Source: an uncultured delta proteobacterium (GTDB lineage: Bacteria; Desulfobacterota; Binatia; DP-6). Taken from it: a stretch of 64,000 nucleotides of DNA. Positions within the stretch are counted from its first letter, which is position 1; the number at the start of each line of letters is the position of its first letter. The notes under the pieces were generated by a model. That model made no database searches, was not told where the DNA came from, and was given only the letters and a program-made list of their open reading frames with translations. The DNA lies in NCBI GenBank assembly GCA_963815115.1, contig CAWFFN010000009.1, positions 1,376,001 to 1,440,000 on the forward strand. The letters run 5' to 3'. The translations under genes and the position numbers were made by a program. Below are positions 55,696 to 64,000 of the stretch, piece after piece.

Positions 55696-57705
55696 ATGGA
55701 TACCTACACGCTCCGCGCACGCTCGGACGCTCAGCCCTCGCCACGATTCCGCATCGACTATGCGGGCGAGCTGAACGAGGCGCAGCATCGCGCCGCGACC
55801 ACCGTCGACGGCCCCGTGCTGGTGATCGCGGGCGCGGGAAGCGGCAAGACGCGTACGCTGGTGTACCGCGTGGCGCGCCTCGTCGAGTCGGGCGTGCCGC
55901 CGGCCCAGATTCTGCTCCTCACCTTCACGCGCAAGGCGTCCGAGGAGATGCTCGGTCGCGCCTCCGTCCTGGTGGGCGGCAACTGCGACCGGGTCGCGGG
56001 TGGCACCTTCCACTCCTTCGCGAACAGCGTGCTGCGCCGGGCGGGTCGCCCGGTCGGTCTCGAACCCGGTTTCACCATCCTCGACCGCAGCGACGCGGAG
56101 GACGTGGTGAACCTGCTGCGCAGTCGCGCGGGGCTCGACCGGAAGGACCGCCGCTTCCCTCGCAAGGGCGCCATCCTCGAGATGCTGAGCATGGCGGTGA
56201 ACCGCAGCCGGAGCGTTCCCGACACCATCGCGGAGGGCTGGCCGCACCTGATGGACCACCTCGACGACCTCGTGAGCCTGGGCGAGAAGTACCAGCGCTA
56301 CAAGCGCGAACGGGGCCTGGTCGACTACGACGACCTCCTGGTGCTCCTGCGCGATCTCCTGCGGGACGTCCCGGAGACCGCCGAGCGGTTGTCGCGCACC
56401 TACCGCTACGTCATGGTCGACGAGTACCAGGACACCAACCGGCTGCAGGCCGAGATCGTGCGCGGGCTCGCGGTCACGCACGACAACGTGATGGCGGTGG
56501 GTGACGACAGCCAGAGCATCTACTCGTTCCGCGGTGCCAACTTCCGCAACATCATGGACTTCATGCAGCTCTTCCCGGGCACCACGCTGGTGAAGCTCGA
56601 GGAGAACTACCGCTCGACCCCGCCGATCCTGAACCTCGCCAACGCCATCATCGACCGGGCGGCCGAGAAGTACACCAAGGTGCTGCGGGCGCAGGCGAAG
56701 ACCGGCCAGCGGCCGCTCCTGGTGCGCTGCCCCGACGACCGCGCCCAGTCGCGCTTCATCTGCCAGCGCATCCTCGAGCTCCGCGAGGAGGGCGTCTCGC
56801 TCGACGACGTCGCGGTGCTGTTCCGCTCCAGCTATCACTCCTTCGATCTCGAGCTCGAGCTGCAGCGGCACGACATCCCGTTCGTCAAGCGCGGCGGCTT
56901 CAAGTTCATCGAGACGGCACACGTGAAGGACGTGCTCGCCCACCTGCGCGTGGTCGCGAACCCGCGCGACGCGGTCTCGTGGCACCGGGTGCTCCTGCTG
57001 CTCGACGGGCTGGGTCCGCGCACCGCCGAGGACGTCGTGCGGCACGTCGGCGACGCCGGCGGGGTCGTGGATGCGGCGGATCGACTGGCCGACTATCCGC
57101 GCCGGGGGGCGTACACCAAGGAGCTCGGACGCCTGGCCCAGCTCCTGCGCGACGTCGCCGGGGAGGAGCGCCGGCCGGGCGATCAGGTCGAGCAGGTGGT
57201 GAGCTTCTACGCGCCCATGCTCCGCCACCTCCACCCCGACGACTTCCCCAAGCGCGAGAAGGACCTCGAGCACTTTCTCACGATCGCGGCGCGCTACCGC
57301 AGCCTGCCGTCGCTCCTCACCGACATGGCGCTCGAGCCGCCCTCGGACAGCGTGGGCGACGTCCTCGCGGCCGAGGTCGACGAGGGACTGCTGACGCTCT
57401 CGACCATCCACTCCGCCAAGGGCCTGGAGTGGCGAGCGGTGTTCGTGATCGGTCTGATCGACGGCCGCTTCCCGTCCTACCAGAACCTGCGCGACGCGGA
57501 GGAGGTGGAGGAGGAGCGCCGGCTCCTCTACGTCGCCGTCACGCGTGCCAAGGAGCACCTCTACCTCACGTATCCCATCGACATCTACGACCGCGCGACG
57601 GGCATGGTGCTCGGCAAGCCGTCGCGCTTCATCGAGGGCTTTCCCTCCTCGGTGCTGGGCGGGATGCAGGTGGTCGAGGAGGAGGACGAGATCGAGCCCG
57701 CCTGA
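55696..57705 (+). CDS. UvrD/PcrA/Rep family ATP-dependent DNA helicase
   Basis: AGAGSGKT, LTFTRKA, TFHS, VDEYQDTN, VGDDSQSIYSFRGA, NYRS, TIHSAKGLEW and EERRLLYVAVTRA motifs. Confidence 0.96.
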   Translation: MDTYTLRARSDAQPSPRFRIDYAGELNEAQHRAATTVDGPVLVIAGAGSGKTRTLVYRVARLVESGVPPAQILLLTFTRKASEEMLGRASVLVGGNCDRVAGGTFHSFANSVLRRAGRPVGLEPGFTILDRSDAEDVVNLLRSRAGLDRKDRRFPRKGAILEMLSMAVNRSRSVPDTIAEGWPHLMDHLDDLVSLGEKYQRYKRERGLVDYDDLLVLLRDLLRDVPETAERLSRTYRYVMVDEYQDTNRLQAEIVRGLAVTHDNVMAVGDDSQSIYSFRGANFRNIMDFMQLFPGTTLVKLEENYRSTPPILNLANAIIDRAAEKYTKVLRAQAKTGQRPLLVRCPDDRAQSRFICQRILELREEGVSLDDVAVLFRSSYHSFDLELELQRHDIPFVKRGGFKFIETAHVKDVLAHLRVVANPRDAVSWHRVLLLLDGLGPRTAEDVVRHVGDAGGVVDAADRLADYPRRGAYTKELGRLAQLLRDVAGEERRPGDQVEQVVSFYAPMLRHLHPDDFPKREKDLEHFLTIAARYRSLPSLLTDMALEPPSDSVGDVLAAEVDEGLLTLSTIHSAKGLEWRAVFVIGLIDGRFPSYQNLRDAEEVEEERRLLYVAVTRAKEHLYLTYPIDIYDRATGMVLGKPSRFIEGFPSSVLGGMQVVEEEDEIEPA

Positions 57706-57746
57706 GAGGCCGCAACGAGCGGGCCGGGCGGGTGTTGCAGGGGGAC

Positions 57747-58745
57747 GTGCGCTCCCGGATCGCCCTTGCCGCCCTGCTCGTCGGAGCGGCGGTCGCCTCT
57801 CCGGTGGAGGTCGCGCAGGCTCAGTACCCCTACGACGACCCGGGCGACGCGGCGCCGTCACTCGACAGCTACCAGCAGGCGCTCAGCCCCTATGGCTCCT
57901 GGCAGACCGATCCGGGCTACGGCCAGTACTGGCAGCCGCGGGTAGCGGCGGGCTGGCAGCCCTACTCGGAGGGCCAGTGGATCTGGACGGCGTACGGATG
58001 GACGTGGGTCTCGGACGAGCCGTGGAGCTGGACGTTCCACTACGGCCGGTGGGCGTACCTTCCGCCTCGGGGCTGGGTATGGATCCCGGGAACCGTCTGG
58101 GGACCCGCGTGGGTGAGCTGGGTGTCCTACGGCGGCTACATCGGCTGGGCACCGCTCTCCCCGTTCGGCGGGCCGGGCTTCAACGATTTCGTGTTCGTCC
58201 GCAACGCCGACTTCTGCGCGCCGCGACTTCGGACGGCGATCGTCAGGCGGGAGTTCCTTCCGCCGGCCGTCGTCACGCGCTGGCACGATCACGTCGTGCG
58301 CTCTCCCGAGCGGCGCTTCATCGAGGAGGTGTCGCGCCATCCGGTGCGCGTCATGCGCGACCGGCCGGCGAGCACGCTGCCTCCGCGGCAGCGCGCCGAC
58401 CGTGAGCCTGCGCTGCGGGGGGAGGATCCACCGGCGCCCGAGCACGCGGAGCGTCCGTGGTTCCGCCCGCCGCGCGGCGATCGGCCGCGCGGCGATGCTC
58501 CGCCCGCGGTGCAGCAGTCGCCACGGTTCGACGGCGATCGGCGCGTGCCGCGTTCGGCAAGCACGGCGGCCGACCCACCGTCTCGACGCGGCGGCATGCG
58601 ACCACCGCCCGGAGCGCACGGCGGCGGGGGCGGCGATGCTCCGCGACCGCGCCCCGCGGATCGTGGCGGTACCGGACGTGTCTTCTCCCATGGATCGGCG
58701 CCACCCGCGTCGGGCGGTGAGCCCACGCGCGCGCCCCACAAGTGA
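57747..58745 (+). CDS. Secreted Trp/Tyr-rich DUF6600-like protein with Pro/Arg-rich tail
   Basis: Signal peptide, then LSPYGSW, WQPYSEGQW, GWTWVSDEPW, FHYGRW, WGPAWVSW and IGWAPL. Confidence 0.82.
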   Translation: MRSRIALAALLVGAAVASPVEVAQAQYPYDDPGDAAPSLDSYQQALSPYGSWQTDPGYGQYWQPRVAAGWQPYSEGQWIWTAYGWTWVSDEPWSWTFHYGRWAYLPPRGWVWIPGTVWGPAWVSWVSYGGYIGWAPLSPFGGPGFNDFVFVRNADFCAPRLRTAIVRREFLPPAVVTRWHDHVVRSPERRFIEEVSRHPVRVMRDRPASTLPPRQRADREPALRGEDPPAPEHAERPWFRPPRGDRPRGDAPPAVQQSPRFDGDRRVPRSASTAADPPSRRGGMRPPPGAHGGGGGDAPRPRPADRGGTGRVFSHGSAPPASGGEPTRAPHK

Positions 58746-58753
58746 GCGGCTGC

Positions 58754-59593
58754 TCAGGGCCGTCGCGCAATCAGCTGCACGAGGCGCAGACGGCCGTCGG
58801 CGAGCGCCGCGGCGAGCGCGCCGCGCTCCTGCGAGAGGCGCCTCGAGTCGTCGTCGGTCGCGGCTTCGAGGCGAGCGTGTAACCGGGCGCGCGCTGCGCC
58901 GACGCGCGCGGAGCGCTCGCCTGCGTCGGCCACGGGGCGGACCGCGAGATCGACGAAGCCCGCGTTCCCGAGCGCGTCACGTCGATCATCGACGGTCGCG
59001 AAGCGCCAGCCGCCGACGACGGGCGCCGCACCGTCGCAAACGAGATCCTGCATCACCAGGTACCCGCCGGGGCGCACGACCCGGCGAGCTTCGGCGAGTG
59101 CGGCCGGCACGTCGCGCATCTGCGGCAGCGTCTCGACGACCCAGACGTGCGTGAAACGCGCGTCGCGGAAGGGCAGGGCCCCGGCCTCGGCACAGACATG
59201 GTGAACCTGACCGTGCAGCGCGGCGCGTCGGGTGAGCGCCCTGCCTCCTGACGCGACCTCGGCATCACCCGTGGTCGCCACGGCGGTGCAGCCGAGCCTG
59301 CCGGCGAGCCAGCGGGCGGTGGAGCCGAGGCCACCGCCGAGATCGAGCACCAGCTCGTACTTGCGGAAGATGCCATGTGCGCTGAGTGCCTCCAGCAGCT
59401 GGACCCCGCTGCCGCTCGGCCGCTCGAGGCCGAGGTAGGGGAGGCCGCGCGGGGCCGGAGCGGCGGCCGTCAATCGGCGCGTCAGATCCTCGATCATTGC
59501 GGCCAGGCGCGCCTCGCGCACCTGCCCGAGATAGCTGCTGCGCTGCACCCGGGTCCAGCCGCGCCCCGGAGGCGGCCTGGTTGCCTTCCTCAT
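58754..59593 (-). CDS. Class I SAM-dependent methyltransferase
   Basis: VLDLGGGLGSTARWLA, LPFRDARF and RVVRPGG motifs. The start could be 59593 or 59497. Confidence 0.82.
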   Translation of the reverse strand: MRKATRPPPGRGWTRVQRSSYLGQVREARLAAMIEDLTRRLTAAAPAPRGLPYLGLERPSGSGVQLLEALSAHGIFRKYELVLDLGGGLGSTARWLAGRLGCTAVATTGDAEVASGGRALTRRAALHGQVHHVCAEAGALPFRDARFTHVWVVETLPQMRDVPAALAEARRVVRPGGYLVMQDLVCDGAAPVVGGWRFATVDDRRDALGNAGFVDLAVRPVADAGERSARVGAARARLHARLEAATDDDSRRLSQERGALAAALADGRLRLVQLIARRP

Positions 59594-59616
59594 CGCCCCT
59601 GGGTACCGTCTGTCCA

Positions 59617-59960
59617 GTGTCTGCCCGCCTGCTCCTGGCGCTGGCCCTCGCCCTGGGTGTCCAGACCGTGTACGCGAATCCCGCCGTGTCGGCGGCCGAG
59701 CTGCGCGCGCTGAGCTGCTGCGGGCACTGTCCCGAGCCTCTGTCGCTGCCGTCCGCGCGGAGCTGCTGCGGCGTGACGGCCACCGCCAGCGGTCCCGCGG
59801 AAGCTCCCACGACCCGGGTCCCTGCCCCCCCTCCGGCCCGGTCGCGGCGCTGGCGGCTGCCGTCGTCTCGCCACCCGCGAGCTGGGTGCGGACGACGCGG
59901 GTGCGGCGGGCGGGCTCCGGCCCCCCGACCTTCCTCGCGCAGCGCCATCTGCTGCTCTGA
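59617..59960 (+). CDS. Small Cys-rich leader ORF upstream of the metal-efflux operon (frameshift in C-run near 59830)
   Basis: Signal-like LLLALALALG, then CCGHC...SCC, a Pro-rich linker, and C-terminal RAGSGPPTFLAQRHLLL*. Confidence 0.6.
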
Positions 59961-60074
59961 TCGGTCTCCCTCGCGCCCGCCGGGCCCGCACGGTCCGGCG
60001 ACCACGCTCGACGTGTGCCCGCCGGGCGCGTCCCCAGCGTGTCACCAACGACGTGAAGGGAGAGACCGATCATC

Positions 60075-61400
60075 ATGCTGCTCGACATCCGTGTCGCCCG
60101 CGCGATCCTCGCGCTGGCCACGCCGCTCACGCTCGCGCCGGCCCGCGCGACGGCAGAGCCGTCCGCCGCCCGCTTGCGCCTCGCCGACGTCCTGGCGCTC
60201 GCCCGGCAGGAGAACCCGGAGATCCTTGCGGCCCGGGCGAGAGCCCGCGCGGCCGAGTCCGGGCCCACCCGGGCGCGAGCCTGGGACGATCCCGTCGTCT
60301 CCTGGGAAGCGTGGAACGCCCCGAACAACTTCAACGTCGCGCACGCCGACAACAACATCTTCCGGCTCGCGCAGCGGATTCCCTTCCCCGGCAAGAAGGG
60401 GCTCGCGGCGGCCTCGGCGGCGGAGGACGCGCGCGCGATGGCGCGCAGCGCCGACGCCGTGGCGCTCGACGTCGAGGCCGCCGTCAAGCGCGCCTACTGG
60501 AGCCTGTGGCAGGCACAGCAGCGCGTTGCGGTCTACCAGCGCCAGCGTGTGCTGGCGGAGCGCTTCGCGAAGACGGCCGCGGAACGCTATACCACCGGCG
60601 GCGTGCCGCAGGCCGACGTCCTGCGGGCGCAGGTGGAGCTCAGCCACGCCATCACCGACGTGCAAACCGGCGCGCTCGCCATCGACACGGCGCGCGCCGG
60701 GCTGAACGCGCTTCTCAGCCGGCCGCCCGGCGACATGCTCGGGGATCCCGAGGACGCGGGCCTGCCGGAGCCCCCGCCCGCGGCCGACGCCCTGATCGAC
60801 GCCGCGCTCGCGCAGCGTCCCGAGCTGGCGGCGCAGGGCGCGACCATCGCGCGTGAGCAGCGCGCCCTCGATCTGGCGCGCAAGGCCTATCTCCCCGACT
60901 TCGAGCTGAGTGTCGGCCGCTTCGTCAACTACGGTGCCCGCGACGGGTTCGGGGCCATGGCGTCGGTCACGGTGCCGATCGCGAACAAGCCGAAGTACGA
61001 CGCCGGCGTCTCGGAGGCCACGGCGCGTATCGCGTCGGCGGAGGCCGACCGGCGGCGCCTCGAGGTCGGCGTGCGCCGCGACGTCGAGCAGGCCTGGTTG
61101 CGCGTGCGCACCGCGAAGCTCCGGCATGACCTCTTCGCCAGCACGCATCTCCCGCAGGCGGAGCAGGCGATGGCGGTGACCGAGGCCGCGTATGCGTCGG
61201 GGAGCGTCGACCTGCTCTCCCTGCTCGACACTCTGCGCGCCGTCGAGGCTGTCCACCTCGACCACATCGACAGCGCCGCGGAGATCGAGACGGCGTGGGC
61301 CGATCTCGAGCGCGCGGTCGGTGGACCGCTCCCCGCCGAACCCTCGACACCGACCGCAGCGACACCACATGGTGCCGCGGGGGGGCGCCGGCATGGGTAG
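60075..61400 (+). CDS. TolC family outer-membrane efflux protein (CusC/CzcC-like)
   Basis: NPEI, QRIPFPGK, YLPDF and AYASG..DLLSLLD motifs. Confidence 0.9.
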   Translation: MLLDIRVARAILALATPLTLAPARATAEPSAARLRLADVLALARQENPEILAARARARAAESGPTRARAWDDPVVSWEAWNAPNNFNVAHADNNIFRLAQRIPFPGKKGLAAASAAEDARAMARSADAVALDVEAAVKRAYWSLWQAQQRVAVYQRQRVLAERFAKTAAERYTTGGVPQADVLRAQVELSHAITDVQTGALAIDTARAGLNALLSRPPGDMLGDPEDAGLPEPPPAADALIDAALAQRPELAAQGATIAREQRALDLARKAYLPDFELSVGRFVNYGARDGFGAMASVTVPIANKPKYDAGVSEATARIASAEADRRRLEVGVRRDVEQAWLRVRTAKLRHDLFASTHLPQAEQAMAVTEAAYASGSVDLLSLLDTLRAVEAVHLDHIDSAAEIETAWADLERAVGGPLPAEPSTPTAATPHGAAGGRRHG

Positions 61401-62622
61401 GCGGGTAGTCGCGGTGCTCGCCCTGTGCACCCTCGCCGCGCTCGGTGCCGTCTGGTGGCACTGGCACGGGCCCGCGGGAGAGCCGCTCCCGCCGTCCCAC
61501 GGCGCGGCGGCGAAGAAACGGAAGTACCAGTGCGCGATGCACCCGCAGATCGTCTCCGACGCACCGGGGACCTGCCCCATCTGCGGGATGAAGCTCCAGC
61601 CGGTCGAGGACGAGCCGACGGCCGGATCGCGGGCCGATCGCAGGATCGCCTTCTATCGCCATCCCATGCGCCCCGACGTCACCTCGCCGACGCCAGCCAA
61701 GGACGAGATGGGCATGGCCTACACGCCGGTCTACGAGGACGAGCTGTCGGGCGGTGGGGGCGGCGGCGTCCCCGGGCACGCGCCGTTCGCGCTCTCGACG
61801 GCGCGCCAGCAGCTGATCGGCGTGCGGCGCGCGAAGGTCGAGTACCGCTCCCTCGCGATCGCGATCCGGGCGATCGGGACCGTCGCCTACGACCCGGGCC
61901 TGTACCAGGCCGTGGTCGAGTACCGGCAAGCGGTGCGGGCGAGGGAGCAGCTCGCACAGAGCACGTTGCCCGAGGCGCTGTCGGGTGCCGACGGGCTGGT
62001 GCGCGCCGCCGCCATCAAGCTCCGGCAGAAGGGCGTCCCCGAGGGGCAGCTCGCCGCCGTCGCCCGGGGCGGGGGCGACCCGACCAACCTGCTGCTGCCC
62101 GGCAAGAACGTCTGGGTGTACGCCCAGGTCTACGAGTACGAGCTCGGGCTGGTGCGCGTCGGGCAGCCCGTTGCGATCACCGCCCCCTCGCTACCCGGCC
62201 GCCGCTTCACCGCCCGCATCGCGGCCATCGATCCGATCCTCGACCCGGCGACCCGCACGGCCCGCGTACGTGTGCTGGTGGCGACCCCGCAGGCCGATCT
62301 GCGCCCGGAGAGCTTCGTCGACGTCACCATCGAGGTGCCGCTGGGCAACCGGCTCGCCGTGCCCGAAGACGCGGTGCTCGACACCGGGACGCGCCGTATC
62401 GTCTTCGTGGTGCATGGCGAGGGCGAGTTCGAACCGCGCGCCGTGGAGCTCGGCCGCGACGCCCAGGGTTTCTACGAGGTGCTGTCCGGCCTCAGCGCAG
62501 GCGAGGAGGTCGTCGTGGCGGCGAACTTCCTGATCGACTCGGAGTCGCGCTTCCGGGCCGCGCTGCGCTCGTTCGACGGCGGCGCGGGCACGGGGCCGCG
62601 GCGGCACGAGGCGCCCCGATGA
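61393..62622 (+). CDS. cusB: RND periplasmic adaptor with heavy-metal-binding domain (CusB-like)
   Basis: YQCAMHPQI..PGTCPICGMKL, HPM..KDEMGM..PVY, TRTARVR and FLIDSES motifs. Confidence 0.9.
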   Translation: MGRRVVAVLALCTLAALGAVWWHWHGPAGEPLPPSHGAAAKKRKYQCAMHPQIVSDAPGTCPICGMKLQPVEDEPTAGSRADRRIAFYRHPMRPDVTSPTPAKDEMGMAYTPVYEDELSGGGGGGVPGHAPFALSTARQQLIGVRRAKVEYRSLAIAIRAIGTVAYDPGLYQAVVEYRQAVRAREQLAQSTLPEALSGADGLVRAAAIKLRQKGVPEGQLAAVARGGGDPTNLLLPGKNVWVYAQVYEYELGLVRVGQPVAITAPSLPGRRFTARIAAIDPILDPATRTARVRVLVATPQADLRPESFVDVTIEVPLGNRLAVPEDAVLDTGTRRIVFVVHGEGEFEPRAVELGRDAQGFYEVLSGLSAGEEVVVAANFLIDSESRFRAALRSFDGGAGTGPRRHEAPR

Positions 62623-64000
62623 TCGAGCGAGTCATCGAGTTCAGCGCGAAGAACCGCGTCCTCGTGCTGCTGCTCACCGGCGCCGCGCTCCTCGGCGCCC
62701 TGTGGTGCATCCGGAGCATCCCGCTGGACGCCATCCCCGACCTCTCCGACACCCAGGTGATCGTCTTCTCGCGCTGGGACCGCAGCCCCGACGTCATCGA
62801 GGACCAGGTCACCTATCCGATCGTCACGGCGCTGCTGGGCGCGCCCAAGGTGAAGACGATCCGTGCCTTCTCCGATTTCGGCTACAGCTACGTCTACGTC
62901 ATCTTCCAGGACGGCACCGACCTCTACTGGGCGCGCTCGCGCGTCCTCGAATACCTGAGCAAGATTCAAGCGCGCCTGCCGCAGGGGGTGGAGACCGAGC
63001 TCGGCCCCGATGCCACCAGCGTCGGCTGGGTGTACCAGTACGCGCTGGTCGACCGGACGGGCCAGCACGACCTGGCGAGTCTCCGCAGCCTCCAGGACTG
63101 GTACCTGCGCTACCACCTGCAGTCGGTGCCGGGCGTGGCCGAGGTGGCGGCCGTGGGCGGCTTCGTCAAGCAGTATCAGGTCACCGTCGACCCGAACCGA
63201 CTGCTCGCCTACGGCATCCCGCTGCCGCAGGTGATCGACGCGGTCCGCAAGGGCAACGCCGAGACCGGCGGCCGCCTGCTCGAGTTCGCGGGCGCCGAGT
63301 ACATGGTGCGGGGGCGCGGCTACGTCACGTCGGCCGACGACATCGAGCGCATCGTCGTCAAGAGCGAGGCGGCGACCGGCACGCCGATCCTGGTGCGGCA
63401 GGTCGCCCAGGTCACGCTCGGTCCCGACATCCGCCGCGGGGTCGCCGACCTCGACGGCGAGGGCGACACGGTCGGCGGCATCGTCGTCATGCGGCAGGGC
63501 GAGAACGCGCTGGCGGTGATCGAGCGCGTGCGCGCACGGCTCGCCGAGCTCCGCCCCACGCTCCCGCCCGGGGTCGAGATCGTCACCACGTACGACCGCT
63601 CCGACCTGATCCACCGCGCCATCGACACCCTCCTGCACGCGCTGCGCGAGGGAATGGTGATCGTGAGCCTCGTCATCCTGGTCTTCCTGTGGCACGTGCC
63701 CTCGGCCATCATCCCCATCGTCACCATCCCGGTGTCGGTGCTGCTCGCGTTCATCCCGCTCTACCTGATGGGGGTGACCTCCAACGTCATGTCGCTGGCG
63801 GGCATCGCCATCTCGATCGGCGTGCTGGTGGATGGCGCCATCGTCGAGGTCGAGAACGCATACACGCGGCTGCACCAGTGGATCGCCGGCGGGCGGCAGG
63901 GCGACTTCCACGAGGTGCGTTTGGGGGCGCTCAAGGAGGTCGGGCCGTCGGTCTTCTTCTCGCTGCTCGTGATCTCGGTGGCATTCCTGCCGGTGTTCAC
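62619..64000 (+). CDS. cusA: CusA/CzcA family heavy-metal RND permease (Cu/Ag-type), 3' end outside the window
   Basis: Manual translation: MIERVIEFSAKNR..IPLDAIPDLSDTQVI..EDQVTYPI..LGPDATSVGWVYQY..NVMSLAGIAISIGVLVDGAIV. ATGA overlap with cusB. Confidence 0.93.
   Translation, partial: MIERVIEFSAKNRVLVLLLTGAALLGALWCIRSIPLDAIPDLSDTQVIVFSRWDRSPDVIEDQVTYPIVTALLGAPKVKTIRAFSDFGYSYVYVIFQDGTDLYWARSRVLEYLSKIQARLPQGVETELGPDATSVGWVYQYALVDRTGQHDLASLRSLQDWYLRYHLQSVPGVAEVAAVGGFVKQYQVTVDPNRLLAYGIPLPQVIDAVRKGNAETGGRLLEFAGAEYMVRGRGYVTSADDIERIVVKSEAATGTPILVRQVAQVTLGPDIRRGVADLDGEGDTVGGIVVMRQGENALAVIERVRARLAELRPTLPPGVEIVTTYDRSDLIHRAIDTLLHALREGMVIVSLVILVFLWHVPSAIIPIVTIPVSVLLAFIPLYLMGVTSNVMSLAGIAISIGVLVDGAIVEVENAYTRLHQWIAGGRQGDFHEVRLGALKEVGPSVFFSLLVISVAFLPVF

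Noticed and set aside
55696-57705. UvrD as part of an anti-phage defence system
   Set aside because: Ordinary stand-alone UvrD/PcrA-like helicase with no adjacent nuclease, ATPase or other defence genes.

Overview
High-GC bacterial DNA, about 70% GC by eye. The many Cys/Thr-rich secreted proteins and the overall gene repertoire suggest a soil deltaproteobacterium-like lineage such as Ca. Binatota; this is inference, and no marker gene is present. About 55 CDS were found, with no rRNA, tRNA or CRISPR. Several genes are broken by single-base insertions that look like long-read errors. Main content: (1) a TetR-controlled VOC/FAD-monooxygenase unit; (2) an accessory zone (about 4.3-8.4 kb and 14.7-19.4 kb) holding a low-GC glycoside hydrolase with an in-frame TAG and several gene remnants (IstB, B3 metallo-beta-lactamase, acyl-CoA dehydrogenase, serine hydrolase); (3) a tightly coupled 6-gene redox operon: NarI-like membrane protein, NasA/NarB-like Mo-bisPGD enzyme, 4Fe-4S protein, TAT-signal Rieske protein, small 2-TM protein and HPP transporter; (4) a Ku - MerR-HTH/TPR - DUF72 operon with no LigD; (5) a complete IS1111-type IS110 element with sub-terminal IRs, a circle-junction promoter and a candidate bridge/seek RNA, inserted into the end of a small MITE-like element; (6) large secreted Cys-rich proteins, two sharing an unnamed C-terminal domain; (7) housekeeping and metabolic genes (ggt, ArgA-like, UvrD, pirin/LysR, YjbQ, penicillin acylase, B12 radical SAM); (8) the start of a CusCBA-type efflux operon preceded by a Cys-rich leader ORF. 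Best candidates for an under-described system are the Mo/Rieske/NarI/HPP redox operon and the Ku-TPR-DUF72 module.
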